Assembly (NCBI RefSeq): GCF_036321535.1 | Contig: NC_087436.1 | Coordinates: 41,294,001-41,358,000 of the forward strand | Direction: 5' to 3' | DNA: 64,000 nt | Source: Camelus dromedarius | Taxonomy: Eukaryota | Shown: piece by piece, positions 49,680 through 62,545 of the stretch | Numbering within the stretch: position 1 is the stretch's first letter | How the letters are laid out: each line of letters begins with the position of its first letter | Program-made: the position numbers and the translations under genes | The notes under the pieces: model-generated | Seen by the model: only the letters and a program-made list of their open reading frames with translations | The model's database searches: none | Told to the model about the DNA's origin: nothing

Positions 49680-50010
49680 GCCAGGACAAGTGGTCCAGGC
49701 CCTACATTCTCCAAAGTTCAAGGTGTGGTAAGAAAACAGAAAGTGTCTTTTTAACTCCAGTACATGCCCATTGTTAGTTTTGAAAGTCTCTGATTGAGAC
49801 AGGTAGTCATTTTAAACCAAATATTGTGAAGAGTATACAATGCTTTATCAGTCAGGTTTTGTTTACCCTTTCAACTTTGAAGCCAATGAAAAAAATCAAC
49901 TCCATGTGAACCACGTTAATCAGGGTAGAGGAACAGTGATTCCCCAAGGAAAATTCCAGTGTTCTTATTAACAGAATGATGGATATCAGTCAGGCAAGCA
50001 ATACATACTA
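49680..50010 (-). mobile_element. Old MaLR LTR fragment (MLT1J/K-like)
   Basis: TCTCTGATTG...GTGATTCCCCAAGGAAAATTCCAGTGTTCTTATTAACAGAA...CAGGCAA. Confidence 0.6.
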
Positions 50011-50019
50011 GAGTTATAC

Positions 50020-51105
50020 AGACAATTCTGTAGATTTGGATGTGAAGACAAAGGAAGATTAATGTGAGATCAAAAACAAAGGGATATATACTTTCTAAAT
50101 GTTGAATTCTGGAGTAATTATTTTTTTATTTTTAATTGATAAGGTGTAATTAGAAGAGGTGGCATTCAAAGGACTGGAGAAAGGTTTGGCCTTAATGCCA
50201 GAGACCTATCTTTTAATATAATTGTGGAACAGAAGAAATAGAGTGAATCCAACAAAAGTAGTTTCACACATTTATGAACTTGGATTTGGCAGTAGGAAAT
50301 CAGACCTTCTAACTGGAGAAAGGGAAATAACAGGGGTGAAGGTTTTGAAGTTTCAAGAATGTGAGAAAGGCTTGGCACATTTTAAGACTATAGTAGAGGT
50401 TTTTGCATAGACAATAATATATTTCCCAGGAGCTGTTGAAAGTTCAATTAAGATACTAAATTATGATTTTAGAGTGACTTTCCTCTTGCTTCTGTGTGAT
50501 TCTTTTCAGCAAGACACCCCTGCTCAGGCGCAAGGGAAAGAAATACAGGGAGGCTCCTCTGGAGTATAAGGCTTTGAGAGACACATGCAACAAAACACAG
50601 AGGAATAAGACAGCTTAGTGAACATAAAAATGTGACATGGTAATCCCAGCTACAGAATACAGAAATGAGTATCAGAAAGAAGATGAGTGAAGTATTAGAG
50701 CTACTTGACAGGGTGAAATATACCCAATGAATTAGAGTCTAGATTTTATAAATTATAGAAATATTTCAAGTTATAGGAGAAAAAAAAACCACAGAAAGAC
50801 AGGAGGTTGTGTTTAGAAAGCAATAAGCTATGGTTTGTGATTTTGAGATTAGGAGACTTTCTGTTGATGACAAGTTTTTATGTGTTCCTGGGAGTTGATG
50901 GATGGGGAATTTGAGAGGGATGCTTGGAAATGGCACCATATAGGAGGGTCAGGTTTTGGATACTGCAAAGAAGAGTTGAAGAATTTAGGATAATTTTTTG
51001 GTAATGTACCAGGAGGAGAAAGTAGAAAGATTTAGGAGATAAGAAAGAAGTGACAGATGGAGTGAGACTCAAGTCAGTATTTATCTTTATGAAGTTGATG
51101 ATAAA
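50020..51105 (-). mobile_element. L2 internal fragments
   Basis: Purine-rich decayed stretch (GGAGTTGATGGATGGGGAATTTGAGAGGG, GGATAATTTTTTGGTAATGTACCAGG). Confidence 0.5.
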
Positions 51106-51111
51106 GTAGAG

Positions 51112-51315
51112 CAGAGGCTGGCACACAGCAACCCTCAGGACAATTGCAGCCTGATACCTGCTTTTGTAAATAGAGTTTTATTGCAAGACAGTCGTGCTCA
51201 TTTATGTATAAGTTATCTATGGCTGCTTTTGCACTACAGTAACAGAATTGATTAGTTATGACATGGACTGTATGATCCACAAAGCCTAAAGTATTTACTA
51301 TATGGCCCTTTACGT
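51112..51315 (+). mobile_element. MER58A (hAT-Charlie)
   Basis: CCTGCTTTTGTAAATAGAGTTTTATTG...CACAAAGCCTAAAGTATTTACTATATGGCCCTTTAC; homologous to 34873-35045. Confidence 0.88.
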
Positions 51316-51994
51316 TTAAAAATTATAAAACTATGAAGATTAATAAACTCAGGAATTAAATGTGAAATGATTTTTACTGATAAAACAGGTATGAGATAAT
51401 AATATCTTCAAGGAGGGTGTATGTTTAGCATAAGATGACTTTCCTCCTCAGCTGCAGTCGTTGCCAAATTGATGGCTCAATGGCCCAGTAACTGCCATGC
51501 CTGCCTGTGTCTACCCTTGCCATGTAACCAAAGGTAATGATGCTTGTAGAGCCTGCAAACGCTACATTTGGAAGAATTGGAGGGAAGGTTATTCCTGAGG
51601 TTATAAAATTTACCCAAGAGCCTAGCAAAGAAGTGATACTAAAGTTGTCAGGATAATATAAATGCCCTAGAATGGTGATGAGTTTTCCAGAAGAAGGCTC
51701 TTATTTGAGAAATACAGTATGTTGATGGTGTAGCCATATGAACCAAACAAATAGCAAAGAGATCTGTCTGGGAATACCCTGCAGATTTCACATTTTATCT
51801 TAATCTTTATGTTCCTTTCCAATTGTTCTTTTGCTCTTGTTGGAGGTTCTGAGATAGCAAATTGTTTGGCCTTAATTTTCTGACTTGGAGAACTAAAATA
51901 ACATAACCAAACCTATACTTCTCATTTTATTAATTTCTTTATCTAACATTTATTAACCATATCCATATCTAAGGCATTGTTTTAGGCAAAAAAT

Positions 51995-52375
51995 AAAATA
52001 TTATTTGACATAAAAAGGAATAATTATAAATAACAAGCTACAACATGGATAAATCTTGAAAACATTAAGCTAAGTGAAATGATTCTTAAAAGCCAGATAC
52101 AAAAGACCACATATTATATGATTCCATTCATACGATGTGTACAATATATGCCTATAGAGATAAAAGGTACAGCAATTGTTATCTAGGACTTAGGAGACTA
52201 GGGAATAATGAGGAGCAATTACTAATGGGTTTGAAGTTTCTTTCTGGAGAGGTAAAAATTTCCTAAAATTGATTTGATGATGGTTTCACAACTCTGTGAA
52301 CATATGCCACTGACATACCCATTTTAAGTTGGTAAATAATATGGTATGTGAATTATATCTCAAAGCTGTTAAAAA
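51995..52375 (+). mobile_element. L1MB-like 3' end
   Basis: CTACAACATGGATAAATCTTGAAAACATTAAGCTAAGTGAAA...GAATTATATCTCAAAGCTGTTAAAAA. Confidence 0.85.
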
Positions 52376-52439
52376 GTTATGTTGACATTTAATGTGACTG
52401 AACTTAATACATCAATAGAGATTTATTATAGATAAAGAA

Positions 52440-53345
52440 AAAATAAAGGGTGAGTATTAAGATTTGGAGTGACAAATATTTTGAAATCAGAAAAAAAAGG
52501 AGGATCTGCCAAGTGAAACTGAAACAAAGAAGCCAACAAATGGAAAGTAAATGAAGTTACCACGATGGTCAGGAAGCCAGGCACAGTAGTTTGCAAAAGA
52601 GATAGTGAGGCTCTTAGGAGATGAAGTAACCTGATATAAAAGTATTAGACTTTCAATTGGCCATGATGAAAACTGTTGATAAACTTAATACATGGGCTTC
52701 AGTGGAAGAATAGTTTAAATATATCATTGAGAGAGAGGCAGAGAAAGGGAGGTAAATAATGAGAAATGTTATAATGCCCAACTCTTTGGAGGAATTTTGT
52801 TAAAAATAGACTAATGAATAGGTATCTGATGTAGGTATACGTTCCAGGGAGATGTATGTATACGGTACAGAAATTACTAGAGTGTAAGAAAAAGGGCAGA
52901 CGAAAGGAGACTACATTAAAGGAGAATGGAAACATCATTATGAGAGCAGTGTCCTCCGTTACCAAGAGGATATGTGATCTACTGCATATCAGGGAAACTT
53001 GAGCAATTATAATAGGGGGGCAGGTAGAGTCTACATGCACAGGTTCAGGTCGATTAGAAGACATGCTGCCGAGGGCCTGTCTTTTGTTTGCTTATACATT
53101 CTCACTAAAATACATGGTAAAATCATGTATCAAATGTAGTATTGGAGTTTTGTGAAGAATGAAGGAGATATAAAATATTCCCAGAGATTGAAAGAGACAA
53201 TTGATTAGAGAAAGTAGAAGCATCACAGGGTATTGTGAAGGCTTAGCCCAAGATCTGTGGTAATTTATATAAAGCAATAATAATCAGAACAATTAAAAAT
53301 CTTTTCTCTACACACTTGCTGTTGCTTAATTTTAGGCATGGAGGA
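52440..53345 (-). mobile_element. L2 fragments
   Basis: Purine-rich decayed stretch with L2-like motifs (CTTCAGTGGAAGAATAG, CAACTCTTTGGAGGAATTTTG). Confidence 0.5.
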
Positions 53346-55998
53346 TGCAAAAAAAAAAAGCTTAAACATAATATTGTTATAATTATCAAACTAAAACATT
53401 AATTCAAGGTTGTAGAATTTAAATATGTAGTCAGATACATGTTACTACCAGGTTATTGGATGGGTAACTGCCCACTTACTTGTTTTAGAAATCTCGTCTT
53501 TCAATTTAGTATAAAGTTCTGACCTAAAAATAAAGAAGCTGTGGGAGAAAATTATTTTCTCTATGGAAAATGAAATGTATTTAAGATAAAACTTAAGTAA
53601 AAATTTACTTCATATGATTGATTCCAATATTATCCATAATCTTTTAGATAATTGTGATCAATCACGTAACTCTTGAAAATTATAAATAAATGGAGCCCTT
53701 AAAGAATAACTTTTGAATATTAAAGCAAGCTCCTCTGTTTCACATTTATTACTGATACTTAAGCAGTATTAAATATTAACATTATATAGTAAAAGTGTTC
53801 TTAATGCACCAATTATAACATTGGTATACATTGTTTATAAAATATATTCTCCTGTTTTTAAACATCTTTTAATGAAAAACATTGTTTTTAGTGTTCAAAT
53901 AAAATTAACATTAATTAAAAAATCTTAATGATCTCTATATCCAAATGACCTTTGCGAGAAAACTTATACAGTTCTGAAGCCTAAAATTTGGAAGCACATT
54001 CCATATACAGTTGACACTTTCAGAAAAAAAAAAAGCACACATTTTACTATATTGTCATTATTTTTCTTTTAAGTGTTCAATTTGATAAACTGCAGTGTAA
54101 TAAGTCATATTAGCATCAAGATAATGTTTATACTTTTTTGCTTCCATAAAGACTGACCTTTTAAATTGAACTGTGAGTAACTGAATACTTAGCGATATTA
54201 ATGATATTTCAGAGGTAATCAGTATATGAGTATGCTAAGAGGCATGCCTCTGCCAAACTGTCAGTTTATGTAACTGCCTTGTGGCAAAACCAATATTAAT
54301 AGTTGAGAGTTCTTAATGCCCTAGGGCTCTCTTCATTTGCTAAGACATGATAATCAGCTAAACCAGGCAATATGGCTGCATCTCTGCCAACTTGTGAATA
54401 CATCATTCAAATCAGGATTGTAAACAGATAGAAGTGTAAGATGCTTCTGTCTTCAGAATCTTCTGTCAAGAATTAGAAACTGGCTTGTTTTGGGGAAAGT
54501 GAAAGTTAAGTATAAGTCTTACTGAAAATGCAACAGAGTAATGACAACCCTTATTGGAGAACTAACCATTAGGCAAATATTCAATTCCACGATTTCAACG
54601 TAACAGAAAAGAACACTGTAGTCTCTAATCCTATATATCCTAAAACCTAAATCATTTATAAGTGAGGTATATTCTTCTTCGCTCACTACATTTCAAGAGA
54701 AAGTAAAATATTTTGTCCTGCTGTAACAAAATGGTGGCATGAATAAATTGTTCATTTCCTAATTATTTTACCTTATACTCTTTCACACTGTAAGTCTTGT
54801 TTCTCACAGATAATACCAATGTTTTGTAGAGAAAAAATACACTAATGTTTCAATACTTCACACAGAAAGATAATTTTACTGCTACAGCAAAATCACTACT
54901 AATCCTAGAATATAACTACATAAATTTATGCCAAATTAATCATCTTAGGAGTTAAAGTCAAAATAAATTTTAAATATGTTTTAACTAAGTAAGCCAATTT
55001 ACACCTTATGCTGCTAATATACATTGGATACATTTACATTCAGAATTTCATTCCTTCTCCTCTAGCAATGTTTAAATTTCACTCCATGTTACAGAAAAGA
55101 CAAGCATACTGCTAGGAAATACTAGGTTGCATTCACACATTTTGTACAAATCTATAACTTTAACGTAATTCTTACAGTTATAAGTAAGCTGTAAAATGCC
55201 AGAAACTACCAATTTTACTTCATTCACTCAGAGAATCTTCAACAGAAAGTTGAAACTATTGCTCATTTTGTAGCCCCTCTATCTGCCAGCAACCGCTGGG
55301 CAATCATTCATAACTATCTTCAATGAGTAGCAAGTTCATGGCCAAGTCAATAATTACAGAATCAAATGGAACATCAATTTCCATCCAAGATTTAATTTGG
55401 CAGTATAGTGCTGTGAAAAATAAGATCCTCATATATTATTGCTACAATTTCTGATTTACTGTCTTATTAATGCTTCTGTCCAAGTTAGTGTGAATTATCA
55501 TGTTTCCATTAATATGATAATATAATCATTTAAAAACTGAATTTTGATAGTAATCTTTCACCTAAAAAGTATTGTATATTGCTTAGTTGCTTACGGTAAT
55601 TTTTAAAATATGGTATTTTCAATCTATCGCCTTAACTAATAATATTGCAAAGTTCTATTTTACTTTTGCAAATTCTTATTTATGTATATGTTTTTCTTTT
55701 TGAAGTTGGATCTGTTTCTGTATGCTTTCTATTTTTAGATATTTTTCTCAGTTCTAGATTAATTCAAGGCAGTTTTTTGGTTTTGTTTTTGATTTTTTGG
55801 ATAGAAAATCTTCATATATTAAAAATGATGGACCTGACTCACTTCAGAATTCTGTAAAACAAATGAACTGATGTTTATATGGCTTACTTCCAAGAATTCT
55901 AATGCTTTTTCCTGCTTATACTACAATTGTTGATAATTCTCCCAAAATGTGTACTTCTGAAGGAAATCCAGTACTTTAGACACTTCAGATATAGCCAG

Positions 55999-56098
55999 TT
56001 TTTTGTTTTCTTTTTAATGGAGGTACTGGGGATTGATTGAACCCAGGACCTTGTGCATATTAAGCATGCACTCTACCACTGAACTGTACCCACTCCCC
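55999..56098 (-). mobile_element. tRNA-Ala-derived SINE (camelid Vic-1-like), short form with TSD
   Basis: Reverse complement GGGGAGTGGGTACAGTTCAGTGGTAGAGTGCATGCTTAATATGCACAAGGTCCTGGGTTCAATCAATCCCCAGTACCTCCA + A tail; TSD GATATAGCCA (55988-55997) / GATATATCCA (56101-56110). Confidence 0.9.
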
Positions 56099-56395
56099 TG
56101 GATATATCCAAAGTTTATTAGTGAAGATAGCTGCCTCTAATCTGAGTAGGCTTTTCATGTTAATGCAAGTTTCTTGTCCTAATTTTTGCATCTCACTGTT
56201 GGTTACTCTAAATTCCTGGTTGAAGATTGTGAAAATTTTAAATAGATCACAAAAGTAATGCCTTAGTATCTTTCATTGTTTAAAAAAAAAAGGTATTACA
56301 ATATTGTAAAATATCATGCTGTTCATTAAGTCAGTATTTGTTGATGTACTGATTTTCAGAGAAAAATAGTATTACACTTTTCTATGCCTTATAAA

Positions 56396-56579
56396 TATGT
56401 ATGTATTTTTATTTTATTGAGTTAAAGTCAGTTTACAATGTTGTGTCAATTTCTGGTGTAGAGCACAATTTTTCAGTCATACATGAATATACATATATTC
56501 ATTTTCATATTCTTTTTCACCATGAGCTACCACAAGATCTTGTATATATTTCCCTGTGATATACAGTATAAACTTGTCT

Positions 56580-56625
<46 letters not shown>

Positions 56626-56759
56626 AGTATCTACAAATTTCAAACTCCCAGTCTGTCCCTTCCCACCCCTCACCCCCTTGGCAACCACAATTTAGTATTC
56701 TATGCCTATGAGTCTGTTTCTGGTTTATATTTAAGTTCATTTATCTTCTTCTTTTTTTA
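56396..56759 (-). mobile_element. Young L1 3' end with TSD and internal (TA)n expansion
   Basis: Closely related to 1361-1782; TSD TTCTATGCCTTATAAA (56380-56395) / TTCTATGCCTCATAAA (56760-56775); (TA)n at 56584-56622. Confidence 0.93.
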
Positions 56760-58859
56760 TTCTATGCCTCATAAACAGATACTTTTTTCTTTGGGTGGGG
56801 AGAACCCTCTAATAAATATAATAGAAAGCCTAAAATATTGTAAAATAACAGATGCTGAGTAATAATTTTAAGTGTTTTTAAAAGAAATGGTGAAAATGCA
56901 GGAAAGAGTAAATAACTGATTATATCAAGCTATAATAGGTTTCAAAGTAGCTGCAGTGAATATTTAAAGAATGGGAAAGTTGAGGGCAGATTTCTTATAT
57001 TCTTTCCCAAACTTAGAGTACCATGGATTGGTTTGTTACCTTTCTCATTTTCCCTTGCTAATCCCGGCTTTGTGTTATCAAAATGTCTTATGGTACTTTT
57101 TGTTTGTTGTGTGTGGGGGCTATAGAACTCTAACTGCATCAAGGTATTTCTAGATTTAATTATTAATAGCATCTTTTCAATATACAAATCTTTTTAATAT
57201 TACAAAACCAGACTGAAGTTTAAAAGTTGATTTTTAAATTAGCAATATGTAAAATAGCTTTTCATAGACTTTCTTCTATTTTAAGTTGAATTAAATTAGC
57301 TTGGCAGTCTTATATTTTACATAGAATTTGATGATTTTACTCAAAATGCTTTCCTGATACAAGTTTTTAAAGCTAAGTGAACCAAATTACTTTTTCAACA
57401 TTAATAGTAAATTATTTTTGAAATTATGTTAATGCATTTTAAGTAATACATTTTAATAATTTTAACTATTTATGTTGATTTAATATATTGATTTATTTAA
57501 TATATTTTAACAATATTATGAGGATATTTCTTGAAGTGTCTGGGGAAAACAATTGACTAACCTAATTAATGTGTGAAAGAATTAATGTAGCTAAGAAGAG
57601 CTTCCTTTCAGAATTTTCTGTGGATTATAAGAAGGTTAATATAGGAAACTAAAATGAAATGAAAGGAATATACTGATGTAGATGTGCCCATAATATATTC
57701 TATAAAAAAAAACCTTTTGATTTTGATGCCTATGAGCAAAATTCATATTTCACAAGTTGAACTATGGTTAATATTTGTATGTCTATGTGAGACTAAACAT
57801 TTTATGAGAAAATTTCTTAGATGTTAAAATTTGTTAGATGTTGGATTTTTCAAATATAGGAAAGATAAACTCATATAATATTCACTCATTTTTTTATATT
57901 CTTATCTTCCTGACTTTTTATCTGAATTATTTTTCTAAATTTCTATATTTCCAAAATGTGCCAGCTATTGAATATTTAAAAACAGTGCCTGACTTGGCAA
58001 TGTTTCAATAATTCCAACAACAAAGCTATTACAAAATAAATATATCTAACTAATGATAAACAGTGTTCATTTTTTTAAAAAAATGAACAATTTGGAATGT
58101 GTTAATATTCTAAAGAAAAAGTCATTTAAAATTTAATTATAAATATTTTTCATTATTTTGTATAAATATTGTATTTATAAAGTAGCAACTGAATAGATTA
58201 TTTCTTAGTCAAATTTTTGTGATATTGAATATATTGTGGGATAGATATTGTTTAATCATAATGATGGTCTATGCAAAGGACTAATTCCCACATAAAATGC
58301 CTCTTTACATAACCACATTTTTCTTCTGCTCCTTCCATTTTATTTTTATGTGTATTTTTTCTCCTTCTCCTTCTCTCCCTCTTTTCCTTCTGTTTTTCCT
58401 CTTCCTCTTCCACTTCATTCTCAATTCTGTCCTCTTTCCCCTTCTTAACTAGAAACATGTACAGTTTTTAAAAAGGTAATTAGCTACCATGTTGATTGAG
58501 AAATTATCTCAGTATATTCAATGCAAGCTAACTGTTTTGCATGAATCACATAAAAAGGATAGGTGTATAAAGATGGTATATTGGTCAAGAAGATAAATGC
58601 AGTAAATAAAAGCCAATTAGAGATGGTGCTGAAAAAAAAAAGATATTCTAGTAGTGTATAGTAGATAGAATCAGAAGTGTGAATCACAGCAAGGTCAAGG
58701 CTTCAGAAAAGCTGGAATATCATTTCAACTTTTTGATTAAAGTTATCAATAGTTTCTTTTTGAAACCCAATCAAAACACTGAGTTTCAAAAAAAACATTT
58801 CACGTAGTTACAAGAGTAATTAAGATGATTGTTTATTTGACCTAAGCATCAATAAAATA

Positions 58860-59335
58860 TAAAAAGGTAATGCAGAGTTGAAAGGAAGGAGGTAGACATA
58901 GATATAATATAGAGCTAAAGAAAGCATAACACTCAAAATAACATCTTCAGAATAAAAAGCAGATACTGCGTTCACCAAAGAAGATAGTATATACAAAAAA
59001 AAAAAAAATGCTAGAAAAACAGATGCATTGAGAAATGATATTAAACACATCTTTTACTAAACAGAATAAAAAGTGAAAATATTATGAACTTAGAAGACAG
59101 TTGTAGAATTTATAGTAGTGGAATAATAGAAGTTTCATTATTCCAGAAACATAAAGCAGGTAAAACAGAAAGAAGGAAATCGTTTACAGAGTGAGAAAAT
59201 ACACATGGAATTTCCAAAACTGATGAAATTCAGCTTTTAGAATCCAAAGAACACTTAGCAAAAGAAACAAAAACTATCCCATATAATGTACATCAATGTC
59301 AAATTTTGAAAAAACAGAATTATAGACATTAAAAT
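58860..59335 (+). mobile_element. Very old L1 ORF1-region fragment
   Basis: TGAACTTAGAAGACAG and GGAATTTCCAAAACTGATGAAA. Confidence 0.5.
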
Positions 59336-59344
59336 TATATTCAT

Positions 59345-60600
59345 AGAAAAACACAAAGACAACCACAGACTGGGAAAAAAATGTTTGCAAAATATGTATA
59401 TTTCAAAGGACTTGTATCTGAAATATTGGAGATAATGCTTGCAAAAACATATATTTTAAAGGACTTGTATCTGAAATATGTAAAGAACACTTAAAACTCC
59501 ACAATAAGAAACAACTCACTTAAAAATGGGCAAAAAATCTGAACAGATTCTTCAAAAAGAAGATACACAGATGGTAAATGAGGGTATGAAAAGATATTAA
59601 ACATAATTAGTCATTAGGGGATTGAAACTAAAACAACGAGATACCCCTACACACCTACTAAAATGGTTTTACAAAAGAGAAAACCATAGTACTAATTGCT
59701 GGCAGGAATGTGGAGTAAAAGGATCTCTCATTCATTGCCAGTAGGGATGCAAAATGATACAGTCACTTTGTAAGACAATTTGGTAGTTTCTTACAAAACT
59801 AGACATAATTTCACCATATAATCCATTAATTGTATGACTAGTTATTTCCACAACTGGAAAACTGGTACAGTCATACAGTGGGAAATTATTCAGAGATAAA
59901 AAGAAAGAGCTATCGAGTCATGCAAAAACATAGATACATCTTAGATACATATTGCTAAGTGAAACAAGCCAATCCTAAAAGACTACTGTATGATTCCTAA
60001 TTTATATGACAGTCTAGAAAAAGCAAAGCTATAGAAACAGTAAAAAAAAAAAAAAAAGATGAGTGGTTGCCATGGGTTCTAGGGACAGAGAGTGAGAATT
60101 GAAAAGATAAAGTTCAGGGGATTTTCAGAGCAGCAGAAATTATTCTGTATGATACTACAATTGTAGCTTATGTCAATACCTATAAAACTTTATAGCACAC
60201 AGAGTGAACCTTAATGTATGTAAATTAAAAGAAATCATTTTGTAGGTCAGGGAATTACAGGATGGGATGCACAATGAGAAAAAAACAATTTAACTGAATT
60301 ATGCATGTGTGAAAACTTGAGGAAGGGAGGAGAAAAATGCTGATCCAAGTAACTTTGGAAATGAATAGAATCTGTAAAAGTAAAGGCAAATTAAACTGTA
60401 TATAAACACTGCAGTTTAGTTGATATACTTGTGTACAGTGCAGGCAGAGGTACTGGCTAACATTTCTGACAAAGGAGAATTGTTACATTTATAGTACATG
60501 AGCAATGCATGTATACATGTGTACTGGAATTGAACAATTAAGTGAATGGATGGAAAATGGTGAGAGCTAGGTTTTTCACTTTTGGAGTGGGAGTTCATAT
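59345..60600 (+). mobile_element. L1MC-like ORF2 end and 3' UTR
   Basis: AAAATGGGCAAAAAATCTGAACAGA, CCCCTACACACCTACTAAAATGG and GATCCAAGTAACTTTGGAAATGA; related to the 3' UTR near 43000-43400. Confidence 0.88.
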
Positions 60601-60744
60601 GGGTTCAAGAAAGGGCAAGACTACTTTATGTTAGGTGGTGGTGACACAGATTTATACATTTGTAAAAATTCATCATGTTCTATATACATACATTGATTTT
60701 GCTACTATGCTTTAATCAAAAAAATATGCAAAAAAACTAACAAA

Positions 60745-61480
60745 AACAGTGGAGGGCCTAAAAGATATATTTGAGGAAATAACTGGCTAATTGTAAGATA
60801 AGTAAAACATAGCCTAAATTATGGAAATATAGAAAAGTATAAAACACACAGTTACAAATTCAAGAAGCCCTAAAACACTAAGCAGCAAATATACATACAT
60901 TAGGGAAAACTGCTAAAAATCAAAGACAAGTTGGAAATTTAAAAATTAGTGCAATGTAGTTGGAGTGCCTCAAACAAATAACAATTGCTTTGAAAACTGA
61001 TATCTTATGAGAAACAATGGAAGCCAGAATCAATATAATCAAATTTTTTGTAGTAAAGAAAATACTTACTAGTCCAGATTCTCTACCAAGGAACATGTTA
61101 TTCAAACAGAATAAAAAGTAAAAGGCTTTTCAGACAAAGATGAAGTGAAATATTCATCAATAGCACATCTGTACTTACAGAAATACAAAAGGCATAGAGA
61201 AAATTATCCCAGATGGTTAAGAGAGATTTGAAATTAAACAGGAATCATTTAAAACAGAAAATGTGTCAGTAAATATACCTACCATTGACAGTATAAAATT
61301 GCAATAATATCTTATGTAATGTTCTATATCTATCTAATAAAACTGATCATATAACATATGAGTAGGAAGAAAAATGTGTATTATTCCAGTATCTTTCCAT
61401 TGTCTGGGAAGAGTGTAAAAATATCAGTTAAATATGAGTAAAAATATCAGCAATTTTCTGGTATGTCAAGAATATAAGTT
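60745..61480 (+). mobile_element. Old L1 ORF1 fragment
   Basis: ATATTTGAGGAAATAACTGGCT, GAAACAATGGAAGCCAGAA and CAGATTCTCTACCAAGGAACATGTTATTCAA. Confidence 0.7.
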
Positions 61481-61599
61481 TGCACACTTTTGCTCCTCTT
61501 CCACTACTATAATAGCTGGAAACAATATATAAAGTGACTGGTTGATGACAAATTTTTTAAAGAGTCAAGGAGTTGAGCAGCTGACATATTAAGAGGACA

Positions 61600-62040
61600 C
61601 TTTTAGCATTATTGTTTTAATTTGCATTTTCCTTGTGACTAATAACATTGAAATTCATTACAGATGCTAACAGATATTTTTAAATTTATTCTTGGTGAAG
61701 TGAGCATTCAAGTGTTTTGTTTTTTCTTTTCTCTAATACATCTTCTGCCCATTTATTATTGATTTGTGGGTGCACCTTCTATAATCTGTATATGAACTCT
61801 AGCTTGTCTTTTCAGTCACATAACACTGCTTTCTGGTGACCAAAATTCTCAATTTTAATAAAGACAATATTGTAAATGTTTTCTTTTACAGTTAATCTTT
61901 TTTACATTTTGCCAATAAATATATGCTTATTCAATATTACACTAAAATATTAACTGAATGCATTATCTGAAGCCTAAAGAAAGTAATTATGATTTTTCAC
62001 ATTTTGTATCAAATGACTTTTGATACTGTTAAATAGGTCT
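61600..62040 (-). mobile_element. Old L1 ORF2 3' fragment
   Basis: CATTATTGTTTTAATTTGCATTTTCCTTGTGACTAAT antisense L1. Confidence 0.7.
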
Positions 62041-62054
62041 CATATTGCATTAGC

Positions 62055-62545
62055 AATTTATACAGAATAATGGCCCCAAAATATATCCACTTTATAATAC
62101 TCAGAATTGTTGCACATGTTAACTTCATGGAAAAAGGGATTTTGCAGCTATAATTAAGCTTAACGATCTAGAGATAGAAGATTTTCATGGATACCCCAGG
62201 TGAGCACAATCTATTATGAGTTCTTAAAAAGAAAAGGATCTTTCCTACTTACAGAGAACCAGAGAGATCACAGCGTGAGTAGAACTCTGCCCAACATTGC
62301 TGACTTTGAAGATGGAGGAAAGGGCCACAAGCCAAGGGATGCAGGTGGTCTCCACAACTGGAAAAGGTAAGGGAGTAGATTCTCACCTACAGCCTCCAGA
62401 AAGAAATACAACCCTACTTATGCATGGGTTTTAGCTAAGTGATATCTATGCTGGAATTCTGACCCCACGACTGTAAGATAATAAATTTGCACTGTTTTAA
62501 ACTACTAAGTTTTGGTAATTTGTTACAGCAATCCAAAATATATAT
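62055..62545 (+). mobile_element. MaLR solo LTR (MLT1D-like)
   Basis: CAGAATAATGGCCCCAAA...TTTGAAGATGGAGGAAAGGGCCACAAGCCAAGG...CTGTAAGATAATAAATTTG...GGTAATTTGTTACAGCAA. Confidence 0.88.

Noticed and set aside
55999..56098. tRNA-Ala gene
   Set aside because: A tail, TSD, altered anticodon arm and duplicated B-box bases indicate a SINE
58252..58458. Charged E/K/R-rich ORF
   Set aside because: It translates a purine-rich low-complexity tract; no convincing splice sites or homology recognised
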